From positions 62,001-98,336 of the forward strand of contig JAXLNO010000313.1 of NCBI GenBank assembly GCA_038087875.1: a stretch of DNA of 36,336 bases. The letters run 5' to 3'. The notes under the pieces are model-generated. The model made no database searches, had not been told where the DNA came from, and saw nothing but the letters and a program-made list of their open reading frames with translations. The position numbers were made by a program, and so were the translations under genes. The stretch is from Malacoraja senta. Taxonomy: Eukaryota. Below are positions 12,079 to 24,390 of the stretch, in pieces. How positions within the stretch are numbered: position 1 is the stretch's first letter; each line of letters starts with the position of its first letter.

Positions 12079-12979
12079 AAATGAGGACATCTCATCTTGG
12101 GCGCAGATGCGGCGTCTCCCCCTGCCCACCCCGTTTATAGCCCCCAAGCACCCACTCCTGTACCCGCCACAGCCCAGTGAGCACAGCTGGCTCTGTCCTC
12201 ACAGCGAGAAGAAGGGTGAGGGGGGGGAGGTGATTGCAACTGAGAATTTGTTTTCAAACTGATCTTCAAACCCGTCCCACACGCGCCCGTACCCACTACC
12301 CAGTCCAAACTCTCCACGGCACACCTATCCCCCCCCCACGCGACTTATCACCACATCCCGGTATCCCCCCTCTGTCTCCGTCTTCCCCCACTCCCCACTG
12401 CTCTTATTCCTCCTCCAGTCTGTGTGATCAAACTCGGTGCAAGCGCAGTGTTGGGGACAATGTGTTCAATGAAGCTCACAGTGTCATGTGGAAGCACAAC
12501 TGGCGATAGTCTTTGGACAGGACACACCGGCTACAGCCCCGTGAACACAGCAGACTCCCCCTGTGTTCACAGCGCGGTGTTGTGAAGGGTGGGGGTGGCG
12601 TAACGGGAGAAAGTGAAGCATAGTGTACAGGTCATGTGAACCTGATGACGCCCGGGGTGGAGATTGTCCAAGATAATTCGTTTTGAAGTTCATCGTCGTT
12701 CCCCGCTCGCATGGGTCCGCCCCTGGGGAGGGGCAAGGTGGACTGGACGATTTTGGTTGGGGGAGGGAGGATGATCCCGATGGACAAAAGTCGCTCCCAA
12801 TTTCTCTGAGCGTTTCATCCGAGTGAACCTCCAGCAACGTGACCTGAGAAGGAGTGAAGTGTTCGTGAAGGTAAATCTCCTCCGGGTACGTCCCGCCCCC
12901 CCCCCCCGACTCTCCCCACTCCCCTGTCTATGCCCCCCCCCCATTTTCCTGTCCTGGAGCTGATGTTATCTGTTCAGTC

Positions 12980-13547
12980 CTTACCTGAAGCTGCTGCCAC
13001 TGCCCTTGGGGTGACCTGTTGGCTATGAAGCTCCATAAACATCGTTTTTATTGGGAGGTGTATCCTCCTGGCCCGATTTACGGGTTCTTTTTAGAGTGGC
13101 TCTTTTACCCCCCCCCCCCCCCCCACCCCGGGTTTGCCACGGTGCAGTCGGCACCCTAATACCGTTAGGACTTACCCCTCCACGGGAACCTCCGCGTTCT
13201 GGAAGTCGCTGACTGCCTTATCAGCTGCTGGAGTAACGCACCCGACGTCCGCCGGCTCCCGCGTTTGCGGTCTGGACTTGGGTCTTCCCACAGCCCAATG
13301 CCGGTTTCCCCGCGGCTCGACCGGACTGTGCTACTGTAGTCAACAGGAACCTCTGTAAGAGGAGGTTCCTGCAGGAAGAACACAACCTGGTAAGTAATGA
13401 AAACTTACCTGTAGGTTTATTACTTACCGCTGGCAGGAATGAATTGCCTGCCAGACCGGTGTCCTCGCCATGCGGATGATGTAATGAGACACATGCGGAC
13501 TGGCGGGGCTTCTTCACGGAATCACTCCCGTGACTACGAAGTAAAAT
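12980..13547 (-). mobile_element. Possible DIRS (tyrosine-recombinase retrotransposon) terminal fragment
   Basis: Ends in TTCTTCACGGAATCACTCCCGTGACTACGAAGTAAAAT, which resembles fish DIRS termini as I recall them. No coding motif confirms this. Confidence 0.35.
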
Positions 13548-15640
13548 GTAGTTCAATTTACTAGCTACTTTATTTACTTTCATTTACTTCAAAATCTAGA
13601 GGCACGTCAATCATTATAAGAAAAGGTATACCATTTAAAGCAAAGAATATCATAACATATATAGAAGGGAGATACCTAATTGTTAATGGAGAAATCCATG
13701 ATACTCCACTTACCTTGGTAAATATATATGCCCCTAACTTTGATAACCCCCACTTTTTCAATAAAATGTTCAACATAATTGCAGAGTCTAACTATCAAAA
13801 TGTTATAATAGGAGGAGACTTTAACTGTGTTTTAGATCCGTACTTAGATAAATCAAGCCAAAAACAGAGAGGGAATATGAAATCGAAAACCGGGGAACTT
13901 CTCAATACCTATATAAACAATACTAATATAGCAGATGTTTGGAGAATTGTTAATCCAACTGGCAGGGAATACTCGTTTTATTCAATGGTACATAAGACAT
14001 ACTCACGTATAGACTACTTTCTGCTGGATACAAAATTAATCCCCAAAACATCTAACGCAATATACCACACAAATTCGATTTCAGACCATTCTCCAATAAC
14101 TTTATTTTTAAAACTGGAAGGAATGTTTAAGAATAAATCGTTTTGGAGATTTAATTCTCAAATTCTAAAAGATCCACAAGCGAGTATATATTTAAAAGAA
14201 CAAATGGAGGTCTTTTTTCAAATAAATGATACTCCAGATATATCGCCTACTGTATTATGGGAATCTTTTAAAGCATACATTAGGGGAATTATAATTTCAT
14301 ATCAAGCTTTTCAAAATAAAAAGAATTAGAATGAACAAAGACAGTTAGAAGAACTTATTGGACAAATGGATATAGATAATGCTAAAGATCCATCAATAGA
14401 TAAACATAATAAAATAATAATTTTGAAATTTAAATTAAATAAATTATTATCTGCCAAACTTATAAGACTTTTTCAAATTACAAAACAAGAGCACTTTGAA
14501 TTTGGGGATAAACCGCATAAACTTTTGGCTCGCCAGCTAAAAAAACGAGAAAAGGAACATACTATACCAAACATCAAATCAGATAAAGGGGAATTATTAA
14601 CAACACCGAAGGATATTAATAAAAGATTTGCGCAATTTTATGAGAATTTGTATACATCTAAAACGACAATTGATTCCAATAATATCACAAAGTTTTTGGA
14701 TAACTGTAATCTTCCAAAGTTAGAGCTGAAGGAACAAGAGGAATTGGGTGCACAAATCTCAATTAAGGAATTAGAAGATACAATAAACTCACTAAAGAAT
14801 GGAAAAACACCAGGCCCTGATGGATTTACTAATGAATTTTATAAAAGCTTTTATGATAAAATAATACCAAGATTTAAAAAAATGTACCAATATGCTTATA
14901 AAAAACGAATACTACCTGATACATTAGCGGAATCAACGATTACACTAATACCTAAGTAAAACAAAGATTTAGAAGAACCTGGTTCATATAGAGCTATAGC
15001 ATTGTTAAACACAGATCAAAAAATATTAGCGAAAACATTAGCTAGAAGATTAAGTAAATACATTAGTAAATTAATAAACCCAGATCAGACGGGGTTTATC
15101 CCTAAGAGATACTCATCTAACAATATGAGACGTCTACTCAACATAATGCACTTACACAAATCTGAAGATCAAGAATTATCAATTATTTCGCTGGATGCTG
15201 AAAAAGCATTTGATCAAGTAGAATGGAATTATATGGATAAAGTATTACAAAAATTCCAACTGGGGGAGAGTTTTATTCTATGGATCAAGTTACTATATAA
15301 CAAACCTACAGCTAGAATACTAACTAATAACATATTATCCGCGAAATTCCAACTATCAAGGGGAAATAGACAAGGATTCTCATTATCACCACAGCTGTTT
15401 GCTCTCATTATTGAACCGCTAGCAGAAAAAATTAGAATACACCCTGATATCCATGGATATAATACTAAAGACTCATATAATAAAATATCTTTATACGCGG
15501 ATGATATATTACTGTACATTACAAAACCTCAAATCACCATACCAAATATATTAAATTTAATTGAAGACTTTGGATCTTTTTCTGGATATAGAATAAATTG
15601 GAATAAAAGTGAAATTATGTCAATAAAACCGAAAGATCCA
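13548..15640 (+). mobile_element. L1-clade LINE ORF2 fragment (APE endonuclease and reverse transcriptase)
   Basis: LVNIYAPN, IIGGDFNCVLD, YSRIDYF, SISDHSP, KTPGPDGF, SLDAEKAFD, RQGFSLSP, LYADD. All three ORFs are in frame +2, separated by stops at 14327 and 14957. Confidence 0.95.
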
Positions 15641-16464
15641 TGGGATCACCACATGCTGTGGGTGCCTCTCTAGTCATGACTTGGAAATCCATTGCTGTTC
15701 CTTCATTCCTATCAAGAGCACAGTGGGAGCATCATTCACTGGCTACGTAAGGATGTTCACATCCACATGGGCTAAAAATGGAAGCCTGAGCAGTGAGGCC
15801 CACATCATAAACAATTGATTTCTAAGCAAACAATCTGGATGGAATCAGAAAAGGCAGCTCATCATCAGCTCAGCAGTTACTTGTCTGCATTGTGAGAAGA
15901 AATCTAATCAAGCTCCTTCCTTAATCCATGTTCACAACTCATTTCCCCCCATATTGTGTTAATTCTACAGAGAAATAAAGTTCATTTTTATTGCTGCTCA
16001 CCCTCTGTTTTGATATTTTTCCCCAGCTCCTGAATCTGTCTCTTCGTAATTCATCTCATCTCCCCCTCCAACCCACATTGTCTGTCACTCTCACATTCTA
16101 AACACTGGGATCACACACTGTCCTATCTGGTGCAAGCAGAAGTGTAAACATGGCCTAACACAGATCCTTCCTCTTTTACGCTGGTTATCTTCAGATACAA
16201 ATTCTCTATTTACCCTTTACATTTAAAAGTTATTCCGTATAATTCTATTGTGTAATGTTTTTTAAATACGTGAGAACAGAACATATCTGTGTGTGCTGAG
16301 GATGCATTTATTATAAGGATAGTAACTAAAAGACAGAGAAGCTCAAGTATCTGTGTTTGTCAGTGATTGGGATAAATTGTGGCAGATAATCTACAGTATG
16401 GTGCAAAGGAGAAGATTTATTCCAAGTAGTTTTTACTAATATCAGCATCAAAGTCAATATTTAT

Positions 16465-16779
16465 TATCCATCCCTAACTGCCTTGGAGAAGATGGTGGTG
16501 AGCTGCCTTCTTGAAGTTCTGGAATACGTTTGGTGAAGATGCTCTCACACAGCTATCAGGACTTAGTCAGAGTTATGGAACCACAGAGTCGTACAGCACA
16601 GAAACAGCTGCAACATGTCCATGCTGACCTAGTTTCCTCATCAAACTTAGTTCCATTTGCCCCATATCCCTCTAAACATTTCCTTTCCATGAACCTGTTC
16701 AAGTGTCTTTTCATTGAAATGTTAGTACTTGCTTCAACTACCTCCTCTGGCAGCTCATCACATATACCTACTACCCTTT
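16465..16779 (-). mobile_element. Old CR1-related LINE/SINE 3' fragments
   Basis: Diverged CCCATATCCCTCTAAAC...ACTACCTCCTCTGGCAGCTC, similar to the other CR1 3' ends in the window. Confidence 0.55.
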
Positions 16780-17400
16780 ATAGACAATAGGTGCAGGAGT
16801 AGGCCATTCGGCCCTTCAAGCCAGCACCGCCATTGAATGTGATCATGGCTGATCATCCACAATCAGTACCTTGTTCCTGCCTTCTCCCCATATCCCCTGA
16901 CTCCGCTATTTTTAAGAGCCTTATCTAGCTCTCTCTTGAAAGCATCCAGCGAACCGGCCTCCACAACCCTCTGAGGCAGAGAATTACACATATTCACAAC
17001 CTTCTGTGTGAAAACGTTTTTCCTCATCTCCGTTCTAAATGGCTTTCCCCATTATGCTTAAACTGTGGTCCCTGGTTCTGGACTCTCCCAACATCAGGAA
17101 CATATTTCCTGCCTCTAGCGTGTCCATACCCTTAATAATCTTATATGTTTCAATAAGATGCCCTCTCATCCTTCTAAATTCCAGAGTATACAAGCCCAGC
17201 CGCTCCATTCTCTCAGCATATGACAGTCCCGTCATCCCGGGAATTAACCTTGTAAACCTGTGCTGCACTCCCTCAATAGCAAGAATGTCCTTCCTCAAAT
17301 TAGGGGACCAAAACTGCACACAATACTACAGGTTTGGTCTCACTAGGACCATGTACAGCTGCAGAAGGACCTCATTGCTCCTATACTCAACTCCTCTTGT
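16780..17400 (-). mobile_element. CR1 LINE 3' fragment
   Basis: QFWSPNLRKDILAIEGVQHRFTRLIPGM, with an ATAGACAATAG tail on the + strand. Confidence 0.95.
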
Positions 17401-17619
17401 TTGAATTCTTTATCCTTTGAATGCAAAGGATGCCCTTCGTGTTCATATTAAACCTATTAAGCACAATTTTTCAGGCCCATACAGCTGATCCAATATTGGT
17501 CTCAACACCACCTTCCCACTTTCCCCAAGTCTCCTGACTTCTGTTGAGTTTATAGTCAATCATCCTCTACCTTGAACATAGTCAATGTCTCAGCCTCTGC
17601 AACTCCTTTGGGAAGATGA

Positions 17620-17960
17620 CATCAAAAACTGTTGTGCCAGTTAGAGCAATATGGGATGACTTTGGTGTAATGACAAAACATTGTCCTCAATGAGAACTGT
17701 GCAATGGTCTTCTGATTTCTGCCAAAGCCATGGTCAACAGATTCACCTGTTGCAGGTGGACAGGAGAGGAGGAGGTCAAGTAGGTCAATCCCTTGTGTTG
17801 GCTCTTTCTCTACCTGCTGTAGAAAGAGCCTGGCAGACACATCCTTCAGGATTTGGCCATCTCAGTGAGTGGTCGTGTGACCAAGCCACTCCCAATGATG
17901 GATGCTGAGGTCCACACCCAGTGTACACTCTGTACTCTTGCTTCTTTTTGTCATTCGAGA
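17620..17960 (-). mobile_element. Ancient CR1-group endonuclease remnant
   Basis: Minus strand reads SIHHWEWLGHTTTH*DGQILKDVSARLFLQQVEKEPTQGIDLLDLLLS, matching the HHQEWLG...VREPTRG..LDLIL pattern. Confidence 0.65.
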
Positions 17961-18916
17961 TTTTGCTCAGCTGACCAATAATGGTGGGCATTCATTAGGA
18001 CAGTGAAAGCTGCCCATGGTGAAATCTGTTGGCTCCTTCCCATGAAGAGGCAAGTGAGGAAACAGAATGTTCTTTCTCCTTTCACCAGGGTCAATCCTCT
18101 CTTCGGGAATGGTTCAGTTTATCCTAATGGGTGCAATGGAATTGCCAGCATGTTTAATGAACATAACCCTCTATGGAGGTTTTTTCATCATGAAATGGCA
18201 GGACCTCCCTGGATTGCATGTACTCTCTCGTGGAACATCAGGCCCAGCAGGATGCAGCAAAGTATCTGGAGCTCTCCCATTTGAGATCCATTCGAAATGT
18301 TCAAAATCGCAAAGGTGCAAGTTCGATTCCAGATGGAATCTTTATTTGTTGTATACTTCTATATCTGAACCTATTTGTATCAACACCAGTGGTGCCGGAA
18401 CCCTGAGCGGGAGGGGGAGTGTCATTTAGTTTGACAAGAGGCAGTGTCAGTTACTGTGCAGTGTGAGGGGACCTCAGCTTGTCCTGAGCTGGGCTCAAAG
18501 CCACGTTGCTGCTTCTCCAGAATTCCACACAAGTTCCTCTGCAGAAGGTCAGTAAACTTCAGACATTATTCTTCATTGGTAATAGTGGATAAATGAACGG
18601 GATTAAATGATTGAAATGTAGTTTGCAAAACTGATGTACTTCTTCAAATGTTATTGTGAAATGTGTTCTCCTATTACAATGATGGTGTCTTCACTAAAAA
18701 GGGAACAAATTTCAGTATTTTTGCTACATCCGACTGATTAAAATCTAAAATGGCGGTGTTTCTCTTGACTATTCAAATGCACTTTATTCTTTCCCACATT
18801 TTAAATTTCCCGTTTGCTACCTGCTGTATGAAAATATTTCAATATATAACCTTGTTTGTTGTTTCTGTTTCCAAAACAATGTTTTGATCTTGAAAAAAAA
18901 GAAATTGTTGGATGAA

Positions 18917-18970
18917 TCATTTCCCTCCACAGATGCTGCCTGAGCCGCTGAGTTCCTCCAGGAATTTGTT
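18917..18970. mobile_element. Fragment of the same Penelope-like-derived repeat, opposite orientation
   Basis: CAGATGCTGCCTGAGCCGCTGAGTTCCTCCAG is a near reverse complement of 11888-11920. Confidence 0.6.
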
Positions 18971-18989
18971 TTGGGTTTTTTTGTTTCAG

Positions 18990-19320
18990 GGAGAAGAAGT
19001 GGATGTGTTGAATTTTCAGAAGGTCTTTGATAAAACCATGCATAAAAGATCAACAAGGAATATTAAAATATGTGGATTTGCCAATGTTCAACTGGGATGG
19101 ATTGAAAATTCTTTAGCAGGCTAGGAACCGAGACTTCTTTTGGGTGGCACATAGTGACTAATGAGCCATCATTGAAACCATTGCTTGAGCCTGTTATTTT
19201 CAATGTACATTAATGATTTTGACAAGGAAGTAAATTTAATATTTCTAACTTTATGACATGAAACTGAGAGTAATTAGGAGAAGCGAAGAGGATGCAAAGA
19301 GATTTCCAGGTGATCTCAGT
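18990..19320 (+). mobile_element. Old CR1 reverse-transcriptase fragment
   Basis: GEEVDVLNFQKVFDKTMHKR (VDVVYLDFQKAFDKVPH), with decayed YINDL and DTKL motifs. Confidence 0.75.
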
Positions 19321-21320
19321 CAATAGACAATAGACAATAGGTGCAGGAGTAGGCCATTCGGCTCATCGAGCCAGCACCGCCATTCAATGTGATCATGGCT
19401 GATCATCCCCAATCAGTACCCCATCCCTGCCTTCTCCCCATATCCCCTGACTCCGCTATTTCTAAGAGCCCTATCCAGCTCTCTCTTGAAAGCATCCAGA
19501 GAACCTGCCTCCATCGCCCTCTGAGGCAGAGAATTCCACAGATTCACAACTCTCTGTGAGAAAAAGTGTTTCCTCGTCTCCGTTCTAAATGGCTTACTCC
19601 TTATTCTTAAACTGTCGCCCCTGGTTCTGGACTCCCCCAACATCAGGAACATGTTTCCTGCCTCTAGCGTGTCCAAACAGTTAACAATCTTATATGTTTC
19701 AATTAGATTCCCTCTCATCCTTCTAAACTCCAGAGTGTACAAGCCCAGCTGCTCCATTCTCCCAGCATATGAGAGTCCCGCCATCCCGGGAATTAACATT
19801 GTAAACCTACGCTGCACTCCCTCAATAGCAAGAATGTCCTTCCTCAAATTAGGGGACCAAAACTGCACACAATACTCCAGATGTGGTCTCACTAGGGCTC
19901 TGTACAACTGCAGATGTACCTCTTTGCTCCTATATTCGATTCCTCTTGTTATAAAGGCCAACATGCCATTCATTTTCTTCACTGCCTGCTGTACCTGCAT
20001 GCTTACTTACATAGACTGACGAACAAGGACCCCCAGATCCCGTTGTACTCCTTTTTCCAAACTTGACGCCATTTAGATAGTATTCTGCCTTCCTGTTTTT
20101 GCTACCAAAGTGGATAACCTCACATTTATCCGCATTAAACTTCATCTGCCATGCATCTGCCCACTCCCCCAATCTGTCCAAGTTACCATGCATTCTCATA
20201 GCATCCTTCTCACAGTTCACACTGCCACCCAGCTTTGTGTCATCTGCAAATTTGCTAATGGTACTTTGAATCCCTTCATCCAAATCATTGATCTATATTG
20301 TAAATATCCGCTGTCCCAGCTCCGGGCCTTGCGGTACCCCATTAGTTACTGCCTGCCATTCTGAAAGGGACCCGTTAATCCCTACTCTTTGTTTCCTGTC
20401 TGCCAACCACTTCCCCATCCATGTCAGCACTCTACCCTCAATACCATGTGCCCTAATTTTGCCCACTAATCTCCTATGTGGGATCTTATCAAATGCTTTC
20501 TGAAAGTCTAGGTACACTATATCCACTGGCTCTCCATTGTCCATTTTCCTAGTTACATCTTCAAAAAATTCCAGAAGATTAGTCAAGCATAATTTCCCCT
20601 TCATAAATCCATGCTGACTCGGACCGATCCTGTTACTGCTATCCAAATGTGTGGCTATTTCATCTTTTATAATTGACTCCAGCATCTTCCCCACCACCGA
20701 TGTCAAGTTAACTGGTCTATAATTCCCTGTTTTATGACATGAAACTGAGAGTAATTAGGAGAAGCGTAGAGGATACAAAGAGATTACCAGGTGATCTCAG
20801 TCAATAGACAATAGACAATAGACAATATGTGCAGGAGTAGACGTTGGTGGTAATTTTCCAATGTTCTATAGACTCAGGATCAGTTCCTGTGGATTGGAGG
20901 GTAGCTAATGTTATCCTACTTTTTAAGAAAGGTGGGAGAGAGAAAACAGGGAATTATAGACCAGTTAACCTGACATCGGTGGTGGGGAAGATGCTGGAGT
21001 CAATTATAAAAGATGAAATAGCCACACATTTGGATAGCAGTAACAGGATCGGTCCGAATCAGCATGGATTTATGAAGGGGAAATTATGCTTGACTAATCT
21101 TCTCGAATGTTTTGAAGCTGTAACTAGGAAAATGGACAGGGGAGAGCCATGTTAACTGGTCTATAATTCCCTGTTTTCTCTCTCCCACCTTTCTTAAAAA
21201 GTGGGATAACATTAGCTACCCTCCAATCCACAGGAACTGATCCTGAGTCTATAGAACATTGGAAAATTACCACCAATGCATCCACGTTTCCTGGAGCCAC
21301 TTCCTTAAGTACCCTGGGAT
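19321..21320 (-). mobile_element. CR1 LINE, 5'-truncated, interrupted by a templated insertion at 20734-21150
   Basis: RT motifs YLDFQKAFDK, GVPQG, KFADDTKL and C-terminus GYGEKAGMGY*; (AATAGAC)n tail. The element resumes at 21151. Confidence 0.95.
20841..21150 (+). repeat. Inverted copy of the adjacent CR1 sequence
   Basis: Reverse complement of 21151-21276 joined to about 20527-20706. Shares the local variants IATHL and GKLCLTN. Confidence 0.9.
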
Positions 21321-22150
21321 AGTACGCAGCCTTGCGGTGCTCCTATACTGAGCGTTTGCGGGTCCGAGATGTGCTTTCCCAGCGTCACATGCTGCTTCCT
21401 GTGTGTCAGGAAGCTGGTGATCCACCGACAGAGGGGTTCAGGCACAGTCAACTCGGAAAGTTTGGAGTGAAGTAGCTCTGGCACAATGGTGTTGAATGCA
21501 GAGCTAAAATCAACAAACAGGATCCTCGCATAGGTTCCCTGGCGGTCTAGGTGCTGTAGGATGAAGTGCAGGCCCAGGTTGACTGCATCATCCACAGATC
21601 TATTGGCCCGATATGCAAACTGTAGAGGGTCCAACAGGGGGTTTGTGATATTTTTCAGCTTGGCCAGCACAAGCCTTTCATGGGTCTTCATGACTACAGA
21701 GGTCAGTGCGACAGGCCTTTGGTCATTAAGACCAGTAATCCTTACCTTTTTGGGTACAGGGACAATAGTGGAGACTTTGCAGCAGGAAGGAACAGTACAT
21801 GTTTGCAGGGACTGGTTAAACATGTCTGTATATGTTTGGCACAGAGCTTGAGAGCAGAGGAGGAAACATTGTCAGGTCCTGGAGATTTCCGGCTTTTCTG
21901 TCTACTGAAAAGCCTCTCCACCTCCTCTATTTTATTGTTGATGAAGTGATGGTGTTCAGCAAGGAGGGTGTGAGTAATTGGGTGTGAAGTGGTGATTGGA
22001 GTAGGCTGGGTGTAGAAGGGCCCAGTCTTTGCAGACTGAGGTCAGGCTGTGAGTGTGTGTGAAGTGTTGGTTGGGGTGGGAAATGGTCCAGTCTTTTCAT
22101 ACAATAAGGTTTTGTGATGGGTTGATCTTTTCTTTGCCCTTCACACCTCT
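21321..22150 (-). mobile_element. Rex1/Babar LINE reverse-transcriptase fragment
   Basis: STIVPVPKK, RPVALTSVVMK, LDPLQFAYRANRSVDDA, ILFVDFSSAFNTI, GAPQGCVL. Confidence 0.92.
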
Positions 22151-22176
22151 GCTGCCTATTGACACGTTGTGAAATT

Positions 22177-24090
22177 TAGAAACATAGAAACATAGAAAAC
22201 AGGTGCAGGAGGCCATTCGGCCCTTTGAGCCAGCACCGCCATTCATTGTGATCATGACTGATCGTCCCCAATCAATAACCCGTGCCTGCCTTCTCCCCAT
22301 ATCCCTTGACACCACTCGCCCCTAGAGCTCTATCTAACTCTCTTAAATCCATCCAGTGATTTGGCCTCCACTGCCGTCTGTGGCAGATAATTCTACAAAT
22401 TCACAACTCTCTGGGTGAAAACGTTTTTTCTCACCTCAGTCTTAAATGGCTTCCACTTTATTCTAAGAATGGCCCCTGGTTCTGGACTTGCCCAACATTG
22501 GGAACATTTTTCCTGCATCTAGCTTGTCCAATCCTTTTATAATTTTATATGTTGCTATAAGAGCCCCCCTCCCTCATCCTTCTAAACTCCAGTGAATACA
22601 AGCCTAGTCTTTTCAATCTTTCCACATATGACAGTCCCGCCATCCCAGGGATCAATCTCGTGAAACTACGCTGCACTGCCTCAATCACAAGGATGTCCTT
22701 CCTCAAATTAGGAGACCAAAACTGTACACAATACTCCAGATGTGGTCTTAACAGAGCCCTATACAACTGCAGAAGAACCTCTTTACTCCTATACTGAAAT
22801 CCACTTCTTATGAAGGCCAACATTCCATTAGCTTTCTTCACTGCCTGCTGTACCTGCACGCCAACCTTCAGTGACTGGTGTACAAGGACACCCAGGTCTC
22901 GCTGCACCTCCCCCTTACCTAACCTAACCCCATTGAGATAATAATCTGCCCCCTTGTTTTTGCCGACAAAGTTGATAACCTCACATTTATCTATATTATA
23001 CTGCATCTGTCACGCAACTGCCCACTCACTCAATCTGTCCAGGTCACCCTGCAACCTTCTGAGATCCTCATCGCAGTTCACACTACCACCCACCTTTGTG
23101 TGATCCGCAAACTTGATAGTGTTGCTCCTAATTCCCTCTTCCAAATCATTATATATGGTAAACAGTTGCGGCCCCAACACCGAGCCTTGCGGCACTCCAC
23201 TCGCCACTGCCTGCCATTCTGAAGAGGACCTATTCACTCCTACTCTTTGCTTCCAGTCTGCCAACCAAATTTATATCCATGTCAACACCCTACCCCCAAT
23301 ACCAATGGCTCTAATTTTAGTCACCAGTCTCCCGTGCGGGACCTTATCAAAGGCTTTCTGAAAGTCTAGATACACTACATCCACTGGCATCCCTTCATCC
23401 ATTTTACTTGTCACATCGTCAGAAAATTCCAGAAGATTAGTCAAGCATGATTTCCCTTTAATAAATCCATGTTGACTTGGACTAATCATTTTACTGCTAT
23501 CCAAATGCCCCATTATTACATCTTTAATAATTGACTCCAGCATCTTTCCCACCATCGAAGTCAGGCTAACTGGTCTTTAATTCGACGTTTTCTCTGTCGC
23601 TCCTTTGTTGAAAAGTGGGATAACATTAGCTATCCTCCAATCCACAGGAACTGATCCTGAATCTATTGAACACTGGAAAATGATCACCAATGCGTCCACT
23701 ATTTCTCGAGCCACCTCCCTGAGGACCCTGGGATGCAGACCATCAGGCCCAGGGGATTTATCATCCTTCAGTCCCATTAGCCTACCCAATACTATTTCTC
23801 GCCTAATGAAAATGTCTTTCATTTCCTCTACCCCCTCAGATCCTCTGTCCTCCAGTACATCTGGGAGATTGTTTGTGTCTTCTTTAGTGATGACAGATCC
23901 GAAGTACCTATTCAACTCTTCTGCCATTTCCTTGTTGCCCATAATAATTTCACCCTTGTCTGCCTTCAAGGGACCCACATTTGACTTTGCTACTCTTTTC
24001 CCCTTAACATATCTAAAGAAGCTTTTACTGTCCTTCTTTATATTCCTGGCCAGCTTCCCTTCGTACTTCATCTTTTCAGCCCGTATTGCC
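22177..24090 (-). mobile_element. CR1 LINE, 5'-truncated at the Gypsy LTR
   Basis: KSPGPDGLHPRVL, YLDFQKAFDKVPH, GVPQGSVLGP, HLEYCVQFWSP, with a (TAGAAACA)n tail. Confidence 0.95.
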
Positions 24091-24294
24091 TGTAGATGAG
24101 ATGTGCATGTGCCTTTAACATAGTGACCTCATACCTACTAACCACTCCCCATATCACAAGTATATCTACAACCTCCCCACCCACAGATCGCTCTCTAGTT
24201 CCTGTGACAGACCACGTACAGCTAGTGCAATGTGTAATGCTCCAGTATGAATAAAGATAGTAAAGTAACGATGCCTCGTTATAGACTCTTTACA
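24091..24294 (+). repeat. Gypsy 5' LTR
   Basis: TGTAGATGAG...CTTTACA with internal AATAAA; 9 mismatches to the 3' LTR by my alignment. Confidence 0.96.
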
Positions 24295-24390
24295 TGGTGT
24301 CAAATAACTTACCTTGCGCCTCCTGTTTATCGGTTTATCATTTAATTTTGTCCCAGTTTTTTGTTTCCCCCGCCCTCCTATTTCTTTGTC

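Noticed and set aside
18003..18545. Possible host exon (acceptor-like TTTCACCAG at about 18088; ORFs of 93-120 aa; a minus-strand acceptor near 18540)
   Set aside because: No recognisable protein motif in the frames examined, early stops on the minus strand, and no partner exons.
19250..20840. The 100-bp direct repeat as a CR1 target-site duplication or LTR pair
   Set aside because: The repeat includes the CR1's own 3' tail and the CR1 continues beyond it, so it is a later templated copy.
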